Positions 28,019 to 37,388 of a stretch of DNA of 64,000 nt are shown piece after piece. Where the stretch lies: the NCBI GenBank assembly GCA_029258795.1, contig JAPDKB010000007.1, positions 55,070 to 119,069 of the forward strand, read 5' to 3'. Origin of the DNA: an archaeon. Its GTDB lineage: Archaea; EX4484-52; WAPT01. The notes beneath the pieces were generated by a model. The model searched no databases. It saw only the letters and a list, made by a program, of their open reading frames with translations, and was not told the DNA's origin. Position 1 is the stretch's first letter. Each line of letters begins with the position of its first letter. The position numbers and the translations under genes were made by a program.

Positions 28019-30343
28019 TTACTTCTTGAAAAGCCTGTGTCTGTGCTTGAGAAGGTCGAGAAATGCCATTCTTTCGTATCTTGCCACCAGATACTTGACG
28101 TGCTTCAGCTTATCCCTCTCCACAAAAATGCAATCCACTCCGTGATCCACCAGCAACCTGATGACATCCACGGATTCAACAGCCCTGCCGCTGATCATCA
28201 CCTTGAAGCCATTACTGTTGAAGTGGGAAATGCCAGCAGACAACATGTTCATGAAACCTTTATGGGAAGAGAGGTGTGTTATTGCATCATACCTCACATT
28301 CTGAAAAGCTGATCTGAGCAATGCATCAACATCGATCAACACTTGATTTATGCTCGCTTTCTTCAGCAATTCGCCCATGAAAAGGGATGCTGGCCTGTCT
28401 ATCAGCACAGTTACATTTGTTCTTACCCTCCCAATATTACTGTTCTTTATGGCTGAAGCAATCGTTTCAAACTCATGCGGCAGCAAGAATGATGGAAGCA
28501 CCACACCCACGTTTCTGAAACCCTTCATGATAACATTGGCCACGCTGTTCAGCTCCGCCATCAGGAAATTTCCCGCATCAACGGGATGCAGCTGAACCCA
28601 TACAGGAAGAGAGGATTCATCCTTGATTATTCTGGAAAGCAGGGCACTCAATCTCGATACCAAACCGCCTCCATCCGATGAAATTCCTCCGTTCATGCTT
28701 TCTCCACCAAAGCCCATGCCTGCACCAAAATGAACGCTTTCTCCATACATTGCACTCTCCATAACTTCTCTGCTCACAAGGAACGCTTCCCCTCCTGGAG
28801 CTGATCTAATGGTGAAGTTGGGGTGCGGAATCACAACTCCAACCTTCACCGCAGTGATCAAATCTTCCATATGGCTGGTGGAGGGAACGACTTCTGTAAC
28901 ATCAGCATGCGAAATAGCATCAGTCATGGAGATTGTGCTGAACTCCTCCCTCTCCCTAAGGAGTTTCACGGAATTCTCTGCAGGGTCTATGATAATTTTT
29001 GTTCCTTCCGTAATTTCATCTTCCATTAGAGCTACGCCTTTCTTCAGGTATGATGCGAAGAGCACGGATCTGGATGTGATATTAGCTGCTTTTGTAACTA
29101 TTCCGTTCAGTTTGTGTAGAGCTATGACGAAACCTCTGGATAAATGAGGTACAAATGCTATGCTCCCGTCCAATTCTTCCCTCTGCACCTCCGCTTCAGA
29201 AGACACGTGCACCACGATTCCCTCAGCATTCCATGGTGTAAGGCAAGCAGCTCTTACTTTCCTTTCCTCTTCCCCACTCGCGTCACTCTCCACAGAGTGC
29301 CGTGCAACACTCATTGCGCCTGATTTCAAAAACGGCAAAGGTGTTACTGACACCACCTGTGCTTTCTCACGCTGGAACACCACATCCACCAGGCAGGAGT
29401 CATCTACCGTGCTGCTGATCCTGTCCAGAATCTCGTGCACTTTTTTCAGCTCCTCCTCATCAAGCGCCGCTGATCTCTCCAGCGAGCCGTTGAGCGCTTC
29501 CCTCCTTATTTCCGTTCTTATAGGATCGGCAGCATACAGATACCTTTTTTCCCTTACAACTCTTTCTTCCACCTCACCGCTCTCCTTGGAAATCACGAAA
29601 AAATCCGCCACGAATTCATTCTCAAAGATGGGTACGCTGAATCCATAGCATGCTTCAATAACGAACTTGGAGGTACCCTTGGTGGGGTGGAAGGTAAGGG
29701 CTCTGCATGATTTTTCGGCATTTACCATTTCCTGCACAACCACGCTTATCTTGAAGGGGTTTGCACCCATCTTCTTGAGCATGTAAATGTTCTCCGCCTG
29801 AAAAGCATCCATCCATGCCCGCATCACGGCATTTTTCAGGGTGTTGAGACCCCTTACGTTAAACACAGGTCTTGAAAATACGAAAGGCGCATCCCCAAAT
29901 ACCAGCTTCACAACTACTTTAGAATCGCCTCTTGCAGCAGAAACGAGGCTCTTTATCTTCTCGCTAAGCTCATAAACATCATCATGCATGCTCATCCGCT
30001 GATACGCTTCCTTCAGCTCTGCTGTCAGCCACTCAGGGAACTTTGCGGAGAATATGGTTCGCTGCATCCTTTTCGATATATTGTCCAGAGCCATTACATC
30101 TTCTTCATCAAGATTGCGGTAATCATCCTGCAAACTCTGCCCTATACCCGCTTCCTTTATAAAGCGGTAAAAAGCCGCAGGTGTGATTATGAAGCAGTTG
30201 GGAACGTCAACACCCGCTTTTTTGCACTCCACCAATTTAACTATCTTCTCTCCCAGAAATTCTCTGTGCTTTTCCTCCACATCTTTCAGCCAGAGTATGC
30301 TGCTCATGAATCTCGCCTTGTAAAGAGAGATGGAACTCTGCAT
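28019..30343 (-). CDS. PEP synthase / pyruvate phosphate dikinase-like three-domain protein, apparently lacking the catalytic His and Cys
   Basis: N-terminal PPDK_N-like ATP-grasp region (FLGEKIVKLVECKKAGVDVPNCFIITPAAF). The swivel-domain segment is GIVTKAANITSRSVLFASYLKKGVAL, where GG-x-TSH-AAI-x-AR-ELGIPAV is expected. The C-terminal barrel has VMISGRAVES where GICGE is expected. Confidence 0.8.
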   Translation of the reverse strand: MQSSISLYKARFMSSILWLKDVEEKHREFLGEKIVKLVECKKAGVDVPNCFIITPAAFYRFIKEAGIGQSLQDDYRNLDEEDVMALDNISKRMQRTIFSAKFPEWLTAELKEAYQRMSMHDDVYELSEKIKSLVSAARGDSKVVVKLVFGDAPFVFSRPVFNVRGLNTLKNAVMRAWMDAFQAENIYMLKKMGANPFKISVVVQEMVNAEKSCRALTFHPTKGTSKFVIEACYGFSVPIFENEFVADFFVISKESGEVEERVVREKRYLYAADPIRTEIRREALNGSLERSAALDEEELKKVHEILDRISSTVDDSCLVDVVFQREKAQVVSVTPLPFLKSGAMSVARHSVESDASGEEERKVRAACLTPWNAEGIVVHVSSEAEVQREELDGSIAFVPHLSRGFVIALHKLNGIVTKAANITSRSVLFASYLKKGVALMEDEITEGTKIIIDPAENSVKLLREREEFSTISMTDAISHADVTEVVPSTSHMEDLITAVKVGVVIPHPNFTIRSAPGGEAFLVSREVMESAMYGESVHFGAGMGFGGESMNGGISSDGGGLVSRLSALLSRIIKDESSLPVWVQLHPVDAGNFLMAELNSVANVIMKGFRNVGVVLPSFLLPHEFETIASAIKNSNIGRVRTNVTVLIDRPASLFMGELLKKASINQVLIDVDALLRSAFQNVRYDAITHLSSHKGFMNMLSAGISHFNSNGFKVMISGRAVESVDVIRLLVDHGVDCIFVERDKLKHVKYLVARYERMAFLDLLKHRHRLFKK

Positions 30344-30387
30344 AATTTATGGTGGGAATTCTATTAAAATTTGGTGGTGGTTTCAGC

Positions 30388-30708
30388 TCAAATCACACTT
30401 TCCAATTTCCTCAATCTTTCATAGAACTCTCTACCCATGTCAGTTAAATGATATTTTTTCTTATCTCCATTTTCTTCACAATACACCAATCCCAAATCAG
30501 CAAATCTATTGAGGAATTTTCTCACACCCGAATGTTCCAAATATCTTCCGTCCTTCTTCCGTATTTCTGTAATAGTTAAGCCCTCACCGTTCATCCTATA
30601 GAGTCGCTCCATAACATACCTTCCTGTATCACTCGCCATTAATTTCAACGATTCCATTAATTTTCGGTAACTTTCCTCATCTTTACTCAGCAAGAAATCA
30701 CCCCCCAT
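30388..30708 (-). CDS. Small winged-helix DNA-binding protein
   Basis: 106 aa. LTITEIRKKDGRYLEHSGVRKFLNRFADLGLVYCEENGDKKKYHLTDMG is a wHTH pattern. Confidence 0.5.
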   Translation of the reverse strand: MGGDFLLSKDEESYRKLMESLKLMASDTGRYVMERLYRMNGEGLTITEIRKKDGRYLEHSGVRKFLNRFADLGLVYCEENGDKKKYHLTDMGREFYERLRKLESVI

Positions 30709-30717
30709 GCGGCTTTC

Positions 30718-31686
30718 TTATTCCAGATAGATATGGCCGAAAACCTTCGTCCAGATCCATGGATCTTCAGTTTCCGCTTCCTCCCTATACCTTATCATGA
30801 GATCAAGCTTGGCATCCATCTCATCCGCGAGATGTACGGCCATTGCTTCCGGCAATTGAGGAGTTTTGGGCGAGCCGTAGTGGTTCTTGCCGTGATGGCT
30901 GAGAATGATGTGCAATACCTTCAGCATGAGGTTTTCAGGAAAATCGGGCAGGGCTCTTATTTTCTGGAGCACCATATCCTTGCCGAGCACTATGTGGCCG
31001 AGAAGCATGCCTTCACGCGATACATCGATGCTTGTCGTTATCTCAAACTCTTTCACCTTGCCAACATCATGCAGCAATGCCCCCGCCAGCAATAAATCCC
31101 TATCCATGTTCGGATGAATGGAATGAATGGCAGCGCATATCTTCGCCACATTGACCGTGTGCTCCATCAGCCCGCCTATGTAGTTCTGGTGGTAGTGCAT
31201 GGCAGCAGGCGCTTTTCTGAACTCTTTCATGAAGTTCTCATCCCTGAAAAAAGCATTGAGAAGCGAGCTTAAATGGCGATTTTTCACCTCGTCCACGAAG
31301 CTCAGAAGCTCCCTCTCAAGCTCTTTCATGTCCTTCGGGCAGATGCCAACAAAATCCTCTATGTCGTATTCATATTTACTCACCCTGCGCAGCAAATCCT
31401 TTGAGTCCATGTTTATTTCCATCCTGTCCCTGTACTGCACCACCGTGCCGGTTATGTGCACAACATCCCCATTTGAGAAGGAGCTGTAAATCCTCATCAC
31501 CTCCTCCCTGCTTGCTGAACCCCAGTATTTGGCGGTGATCTCTCCGGTCTTATCGCTCAACCTCATCTCAAAATAGTATCCCGACTCGTATGGCTTCGGA
31601 GGTTTTTTGAACTTGACTGCAAAGAAATCATTCACCTGCTCCCCATCCTTGAGCTTGTTTACGAACTGGTGCTTTCGCCTCGTCAT
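30718..31686 (-). CDS. OB-fold + HD-domain phosphohydrolase (YhaM/Cbf1-like 3'-5' exoribonuclease family)
   Basis: N-terminal OB-like region (GDVVHITGTVVQYRDRMEINM), then HD motifs GGLMEHT, LLHDVGK and ILSHHG. Confidence 0.8.
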   Translation of the reverse strand: MTRRKHQFVNKLKDGEQVNDFFAVKFKKPPKPYESGYYFEMRLSDKTGEITAKYWGSASREEVMRIYSSFSNGDVVHITGTVVQYRDRMEINMDSKDLLRRVSKYEYDIEDFVGICPKDMKELERELLSFVDEVKNRHLSSLLNAFFRDENFMKEFRKAPAAMHYHQNYIGGLMEHTVNVAKICAAIHSIHPNMDRDLLLAGALLHDVGKVKEFEITTSIDVSREGMLLGHIVLGKDMVLQKIRALPDFPENLMLKVLHIILSHHGKNHYGSPKTPQLPEAMAVHLADEMDAKLDLMIRYREEAETEDPWIWTKVFGHIYLE

Positions 31687-31744
31687 CCTGTCATGAATTT
31701 ACGGTGGGAAAACTTAAAAAAGTCATGAAGCAGAGAAGAATGTC

Positions 31745-32128
31745 ATGCATCCGTACTTTGGCATGATTCACGGAATGGCGATGCTGTCAGCCAATTATAT
31801 TGTTATGGAGCTTGTTATTGCAATAATTCAGGTTTTTGCGATTTATATTGCCTGCAAACTTCTGGACATAGATACCTCTTTTGGTTCCGTCATCGTTTTT
31901 GTGATAATGGTGTCATTGGTTAAAGGGCTCGCTCAGTTTGTTTTCGGCGCACTCGGCAGTATTGGAGGTCTTTTCCTTGAGCTGTTCATAGCAAAGCATT
32001 ACTTTGACATTTCGTGGTTTAAAGCGTTTGCTCTGTTTCTTGTGAGCGTGATGGTTGTGTTTGTGCTGAGCATGCTAGGTATAGCTGCGGTCATTGCCGC
32101 GAGCATCATTTCCTCTTTATCGGTTTGA
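31745..32128 (+). CDS. Hypothetical integral membrane protein (3-4 TM)
   Basis: 127 aa, almost entirely hydrophobic helices. No family recognised. Confidence 0.5.
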   Translation: MHPYFGMIHGMAMLSANYIVMELVIAIIQVFAIYIACKLLDIDTSFGSVIVFVIMVSLVKGLAQFVFGALGSIGGLFLELFIAKHYFDISWFKAFALFLVSVMVVFVLSMLGIAAVIAASIISSLSV

Positions 32129-32137
32129 CGGTGGTGT

Positions 32138-32842
32138 GTGGTGGAACAGAAAGGAAAGGACGGGGATATCATCCTTGGAATAGATGAAGCCGGCCGTGGC
32201 CCTCTGCTCGGGCCGATGATCATAGCAGGAGTGGAAATTGAAAGGAAGGATGAAGATAAACTGGTGGAGCTGGGTGTGAAGGACTCGAAGCTGCTCTCTC
32301 ACACTTCACGGCTCAGATGCTATGCCGAGATCATGAAGATAGCGAAGGCCGTGCATGTCATCAAAATCCAGCCGAAGGAGCTGGACGAGAAGATGGCATT
32401 CATGTCCATCAACAGGGTGGAGATGCAGGCCATGGCAAAGATAATCAACAGCTCGAAAGCAGGCGTTGTCTATATCGATCTGCCGTCCAACGGCAAGAAT
32501 TTTGTGCCGGCGCTAAGAGCAAGGCTGAAGAGGGATGTTGAAATTGTGGCTGAGCATAAAGCCGATGCGAAGTATCCTGTAGTGAGCGCTGCTTCCATCG
32601 TTGCGAAGTGCGTGAGAGAAGAGGAGATGGACAAGATAAGGAACAAGTACAAGCAGTACGGAGATATCGGATCCGGCTATCCTGCAGATGAAAGAACGAT
32701 GCGCTTCGTGGAGGAGTATTACAGGAGAGAGGGTAAGTTTCCGGAAGAAGCAAGAATGAGCTGGTCAACCACAAAGGACATCAAGAATAAGCATGCTCAA
32801 AAAACTCTATTCGATGCACGCTCTGATGAATCCAAGGAATAA
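32138..32842 (+). CDS. rnhB: Ribonuclease HII
   Basis: GIDEAGRGPLLGPMIIAGV, DSK, SAASIVAKCVRE, GSGYPAD motifs. Confidence 0.92.
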   Translation: MVEQKGKDGDIILGIDEAGRGPLLGPMIIAGVEIERKDEDKLVELGVKDSKLLSHTSRLRCYAEIMKIAKAVHVIKIQPKELDEKMAFMSINRVEMQAMAKIINSSKAGVVYIDLPSNGKNFVPALRARLKRDVEIVAEHKADAKYPVVSAASIVAKCVREEEMDKIRNKYKQYGDIGSGYPADERTMRFVEEYYRREGKFPEEARMSWSTTKDIKNKHAQKTLFDARSDESKE

Positions 32843-34423
32843 TGGGTGTGGGTTTAGCGGGCGGCTCTTGAATTCCGGATGTGCCTGCGTTGCCACAAAG
32901 AATTTGTGGTTAGGGAGCTCGAGAAACTCCATGAGTATGCCATCCGGACTCTTGCCAGAGAACACGAGGCCGTGCTTCTCCAGCACCTCCACATATTTCG
33001 GGTTGACCTCATATCTATGGCGGTGTCTTTCGGAAACTTCCTTTTTTCCGTAGAGCTTGTGCACAAGCGTGCCTTCTTTAAGCACGGCTGGCCACGCTCC
33101 CAATCGCATGGTTGCGCCGTACATCTTTTTCTCTATGAGCTCCTTCTGCTCCGGAATGATGTCCACCACCGGATGTGGTGTGTCCGGATCAACTTCTGTT
33201 GTGTGTGCTCCCTCAAGCTTGCACACGTTTCTTGCAAATTCAACCACAGCCAGCTGCATTCCGAAACATAAGCCAAGGAAAGGTACGTTGTTCTCCCTGC
33301 AGTACCTTATGGCCTCTATCTTGCCCCCCACACCGGTTGTGCCAAAGCCCCCGGGCACGATGATACCATCAAATCCCTTCAGCAGGGCTGCCGCTCCCCT
33401 CTTCTCAATTTCGGTGGAGGACACCTGCTTTATCTCCGGTTTGAGCTCGAGATGATAAGCGGCATGTTTTATCGCTTCCATTACGGATATGTAAACGTCC
33501 TTGTGCTCAGCGCTTCCGTAAGCGACGTATTTGCCCACTATACCCACCCTTACGGGCTTTTTTGCCCTGTCTATCTTTGCCACGAACTCGCGCCACGGTT
33601 GCATCTCGTCCTTTCTCTTCTCCAGCCCGAGTTTTTTCAGAATCTTGGTTATGAGATTCTGCTCCTCGAACAACAACGGCAGCCTGTAGATGGAATCCAG
33701 ATCGGGATCATCTATTATGTGGTCCTTCGGTATGAAGCAGCTTCTGGCTATTTTTTCCCTTCTCGGCTCATCCAGTCCTGTTTCGGAGCGCACCACCACG
33801 AAATCCGGAAAGATGCCCGTCTCTCTGAGCTTTGCTATCGCATGCTGAGTGGGCTTGGTTTTCAACTCGCCCACATTCTTCAAGAGTGGTGCATAGGTAA
33901 CCATGACCGCCACGGAAGGGTACTCGTTCATCAAGCTCCTTATGGCAAAGAGAAACACGAGGTTCTCTATGTCTCCCGTCGTGCCGCCAACCTCAACTAT
34001 GGAAACATCATAACCCTGTGAAGCTTCCAGAATCCTTCTCTTTGCTTCATTCATCACATCCGGGATGATCTGCACGTCTCTGCCCCCATATTCAAGTGCA
34101 CGCTCCCTCTTTATCACCTCAAGATAAACCTGCCCTGTCGTTATGTTGTTTTTCTTCGGAAGGTTCATGTTGAGAAATCTCTCATATGTGCCCAAGTCCT
34201 GATCTATCTCGCCACCATCATCGGTGACAAAAACCTCTCCATGCTCCGTCGGTCTCATCGTGCCCGCATCTATGTTCACATACGGATCTATCTTGATGGC
34301 AGTGACTTTGTAACCGTATGCCTGAATCACCTTGGCTATGGAAGCTGTCACCACACCCTTACCCAGTCCGGAGAGCACACCCCCTATTACAAAAACAAAG
34401 CGTGGCCACTCTTTCGTACTCAT
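32807..34423 (-). CDS. pyrG: CTP synthase
   Basis: FVIGGVLSGLGKG P-loop-like start. GATase domain with GLCFGMQL and HRHRYEVN. The likely start is MSTKEW at 34423 (the ORF is open to 34477). Confidence 0.95.
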   Translation of the reverse strand: MSTKEWPRFVFVIGGVLSGLGKGVVTASIAKVIQAYGYKVTAIKIDPYVNIDAGTMRPTEHGEVFVTDDGGEIDQDLGTYERFLNMNLPKKNNITTGQVYLEVIKRERALEYGGRDVQIIPDVMNEAKRRILEASQGYDVSIVEVGGTTGDIENLVFLFAIRSLMNEYPSVAVMVTYAPLLKNVGELKTKPTQHAIAKLRETGIFPDFVVVRSETGLDEPRREKIARSCFIPKDHIIDDPDLDSIYRLPLLFEEQNLITKILKKLGLEKRKDEMQPWREFVAKIDRAKKPVRVGIVGKYVAYGSAEHKDVYISVMEAIKHAAYHLELKPEIKQVSSTEIEKRGAAALLKGFDGIIVPGGFGTTGVGGKIEAIRYCRENNVPFLGLCFGMQLAVVEFARNVCKLEGAHTTEVDPDTPHPVVDIIPEQKELIEKKMYGATMRLGAWPAVLKEGTLVHKLYGKKEVSERHRHRYEVNPKYVEVLEKHGLVFSGKSPDGILMEFLELPNHKFFVATQAHPEFKSRPLNPHPLFLGFIRACIE

Positions 34424-34516
34424 TTCCTGCGCACCGTTGTTCCTCTTTCCCGGTGATGAAACACCTGAAGAATTCATACGTTATGTAAGAGACCGTTAAA
34501 TTTAATAAGATGTTCA

Positions 34517-35632
34517 TTATCTCTCCCGCTCCCCTCTTATAAACTCTTCAAGCATCTCCCTTGCTTTGAAATCCGGAATTTGCACGGGAGGGTGCTTCAT
34601 AAAATAAGCTGAAGCCGCAATCAGCGCTCCACCCACACCTCTATCCATTGCAAGCTTCGCACATCTCACGGCATCGATCATCACACCGGCGGAATTCGGA
34701 CTATCTTCCACGCTGAGCCGAAGCTCGATCTCGACGGGCACGTCTCCGAATTTCCTCCCCTCAATCCTTATGTAGCATACCTTGTTGTCCTTCAGCCACG
34801 GAACGTAATCACTCGGCCCGATGTGAATGTTCTCATCCGCAAGCTTCTCCTTGTTCATGCTCCTCACCGCTTCCGTTTTGCTTATCTTCTTGCTCTTCAG
34901 CCTGCTCCTTTCCAGCATGTTCAGAAAGTCCGTGTTTCCTCCGAAGTTGAGCTGGTATGTCCTGTCTATTTTCACCCCACGCTCAGCAAGCAACCTAACG
35001 AGCGTTCTGTGGACTATGGTGGCTCCCACCTGCGATTTGATGTCATCGCCTATGGCCGGGATGCCCGCTTCTCTGAAACGGGATTCCCATCTTTCATCCG
35101 AGACGATGAACTCCGGAATAGCATTTATGAACGCTGTGCCCGATTTCAGACAGGCTTCCGCATAGTATCTTGTGGCATGATAGCTTCCGACGGGCATGTA
35201 AGAAATGAGCACATCAGCATTTTTCTCCTCGAGCACTTTTGCAACATCAACTTCTTCCTCCTTGCTTATCGTGAAAGTTCTGTCCTCGGGCCATTCTCTC
35301 ATGTGGGATGAGAAGCCATCAAGCACGGGAGCTTTCTCAACCACCACTCCTATTTCAGGAATATCCTTGCAAAACACGGTTGTGCAGTTTGGTTTTGCAA
35401 AGATCGCCTCGCCTAAATCCTTGCCCACCTTTCTGGCATCTATGTCAAAAGCCGCAACCACCTCTATATCCCTGATCCGATAACCTCCGAGCACGTTATG
35501 CATTAATCCCGGCACAAGCTCGTCATTCTTGTCAACATGCCTGTAATAGTAAAGTCCCTGCACAAGTGCGGATGCACAGTTACCCACACCTGCTATAGCA
35601 AGCCTTATCCTGCTCATCTTGCTCACCTCCAC
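34517..35632 (-). CDS. ino1: myo-Inositol-1-phosphate synthase (archaeal type)
   Basis: [15 protein letters not shown] Rossmann start, [28 protein letters not shown]. The start is possibly at 35617 (MSRIRLAI). Confidence 0.9.
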   Translation of the reverse strand: MEVSKMSRIRLAIAGVGNCASALVQGLYYYRHVDKNDELVPGLMHNVLGGYRIRDIEVVAAFDIDARKVGKDLGEAIFAKPNCTTVFCKDIPEIGVVVEKAPVLDGFSSHMREWPEDRTFTISKEEEVDVAKVLEEKNADVLISYMPVGSYHATRYYAEACLKSGTAFINAIPEFIVSDERWESRFREAGIPAIGDDIKSQVGATIVHRTLVRLLAERGVKIDRTYQLNFGGNTDFLNMLERSRLKSKKISKTEAVRSMNKEKLADENIHIGPSDYVPWLKDNKVCYIRIEGRKFGDVPVEIELRLSVEDSPNSAGVMIDAVRCAKLAMDRGVGGALIAASAYFMKHPPVQIPDFKAREMLEEFIRGERER

Positions 35633-35684
35633 GATTTTTACAGTATCGTAAAAATTAATTTTACAATACCATAAAATTCTGATG

Positions 35685-35693
35685 TTTATAAAG
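35685..35693 (+). promoter_or_regulatory. Candidate TATA box for the PadR gene (near-leaderless)
   Basis: TTTATAAAG lies 31 nt upstream of the ATG at 35716. No Shine-Dalgarno-like purine tract lies in between. Confidence 0.4.
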
Positions 35694-35715
35694 TTTACGA
35701 TATTGTAAATATTTC

Positions 35716-36060
35716 ATGCAGAAGCCGAGCGAGAGGTTGAAAAGAAAGGTGGAGAAGGAGAATCTATGGCTGTTCATTCTGACTTTGCTTAGAGATAACG
35801 GCAAGCTCACTGGTGCGGAGATCAGGAAATTGTTGCTCGAGAAAATGAAAGTGAGGGTTGGAACGGTCACTTCCTACAAGGTGCTCTACCTTCTGGAGAG
35901 AGGAGGATACGTGAAGCGAGAGAAAGAGGGCAGGAGGAAGCTGTATTCTATAGCTGAAGCAGGGATGGAGGAACTCATGAAAGCTGAAGAATTGTTGCAA
36001 AACTATGTGAAGCTTCTCCGGAAGCATGCCAGGGGCAAGAGAAAAGTCAGGATAGGCTAA
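35716..36060 (+). CDS. PadR-family transcriptional regulator
   Basis: ENLWLFILTLLRDNGKLTGAEIRKLL...GTVTSYKVLYLLERGGYVKRE is the PadR wHTH pattern. Confidence 0.8.
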   Translation: MQKPSERLKRKVEKENLWLFILTLLRDNGKLTGAEIRKLLLEKMKVRVGTVTSYKVLYLLERGGYVKREKEGRRKLYSIAEAGMEELMKAEELLQNYVKLLRKHARGKRKVRIG

Positions 36061-36117
36061 TCTTTCACCATTTTCCTCGAGCTTCCATATTTAAATTTTG
36101 TTAACAAAGCATCTTTC

Positions 36118-36471
36118 ATGCCGTTTCTTGGGGAGAGCGCAAAGGAGAAAAAGATAGCCGATGTGAACGAAGAAGACTTCATCGTGTGGATAGAGGGAAT
36201 GGTTATCTCCAAGGGAGAAGGAAAGATGGTTGTGGATGATGGCTCCGCCACCGTAGAGGTCTATGCTACTCCCGCCTACATGGATGATGTGAAAGAGAAT
36301 GACTATGTGCGCGTTATAGGCAGGGTTTTTCCAACGCCTTCTGGCATTGAAATTCATGCTGACATCATAAGAAAGCTTGAGATCAAGGACCTCAAAACGT
36401 ACATGAAAGCGAGGGAACTATGGCTGAAATTCAACACGAAAGTGGATGAGATGATCAAAAATCTGTTTTAA
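36118..36471 (+). CDS. Hypothetical OB-fold-like protein
   Basis: 117 aa. FIVWIEGMVISKGEGKMVVDDGSATVEVY...NDYVRVIGRV resembles a nucleic-acid-binding OB fold. Assignment is weak. Confidence 0.4.
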   Translation: MPFLGESAKEKKIADVNEEDFIVWIEGMVISKGEGKMVVDDGSATVEVYATPAYMDDVKENDYVRVIGRVFPTPSGIEIHADIIRKLEIKDLKTYMKARELWLKFNTKVDEMIKNLF

Positions 36472-36493
36472 AATGCTCAAAGTTCTTGCAGCA

Positions 36494-36511
36494 GCAACCT
36501 ATAAAAATTTT
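36494..36511 (+). promoter_or_regulatory. Candidate BRE/TATA promoter of the PCNA gene
   Basis: GCAACCTATAAAAATTTT lies about 55 nt upstream of ATG 36564, which itself has a GAGGTGA SD. It is identical over 18 nt to the element upstream of hsdM. Confidence 0.45.
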
Positions 36512-36563
36512 AGAATTTTAGGATTTAGTTACCGGACGTGTGAAAGTTTTTCATGATGAGGTG

Positions 36564-37322
36564 ATGAATGTGGCGTTCAAAGCTGTGTTTCTGGATGCTA
36601 CCCTCTTTAGGGATGCTGTCCGCGCAATAAACGACCTCATTGCCGAGGGCATCTTCCGCTTCACCAGTGACGGGTTGAAATTTGTGGCTACTGACCCAAC
36701 CATGGTGGCGATGGTGGACTTGTACATCAGCAAGGATGCGTTTGAAGAGCTGAACGTGGAGGGTGAGGAGGAGCAGATTCCGGTAAATCTGGACAACCTG
36801 CTCGCTGTGCTCAAGAGAGCCAAAAAAGCCGACAGATTGATCCTGGAGAAGGAGCAGGAGAACAGACTTGCTGTTGTGCTGGAAAGCAGTGTTAAGAGGA
36901 AGTTCGTCATCCCGCTGATCGACATGGAGGAGCAGAAGGTTCCGGAGCTCAATCTGCAGTTCCTCGGCACGGCTGAAGTTCTCAGGCAGGTGGTGGAGGA
37001 GGGCATAACCGATGCTGCTGTTGTGAGCGACACCATCATGTTCTCCATGGATCAGGACAAGTTCGTGATGACTGGAGAGGGCGATTTATCCAAAGCTGAG
37101 GTGGTTGTGGAGAAGGGATCCGAAGCGCTAATCTCGCTTGATGTGAAGGAGCCCGCAAAATCCAAGTTCTCTCTGGATTACCTGAAGAAAATGATAAAGG
37201 GAATGAAGCTCGGAGATCTGGTAAAGATAAGTTTGGGCAACGACTTCCCGATGGAGATGGAGATAAAGGCGGGAGAACTCGCAAAGCTGAAGTACGTGCT
37301 TGCTCCACGCGTGGAGGGCTGA
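36564..37322 (+). CDS. pcn: DNA polymerase sliding clamp PCNA
   Basis: 252 aa from MNVAFKAVFLDATLFRDAVRAINDLIAEGIFRFTSDGLKFVATDPTMVAMVDL. C-terminus ...LKYVLAPRVEG. Confidence 0.9.
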   Translation: MNVAFKAVFLDATLFRDAVRAINDLIAEGIFRFTSDGLKFVATDPTMVAMVDLYISKDAFEELNVEGEEEQIPVNLDNLLAVLKRAKKADRLILEKEQENRLAVVLESSVKRKFVIPLIDMEEQKVPELNLQFLGTAEVLRQVVEEGITDAAVVSDTIMFSMDQDKFVMTGEGDLSKAEVVVEKGSEALISLDVKEPAKSKFSLDYLKKMIKGMKLGDLVKISLGNDFPMEMEIKAGELAKLKYVLAPRVEG

Positions 37323-37388
37323 GGGTAAATGTACTAGATTTGCCTTCCTTCTCACTATTTTGTTTTTCACCTTCACACTGCGCAGAGC

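Noticed and set aside
32807-32842. 36-nt convergent overlap of the rnhB and pyrG 3' ends
   Set aside because: The overlap is real as read, but tail-to-tail overlaps are common in compact archaeal genomes. I see no additional signal.
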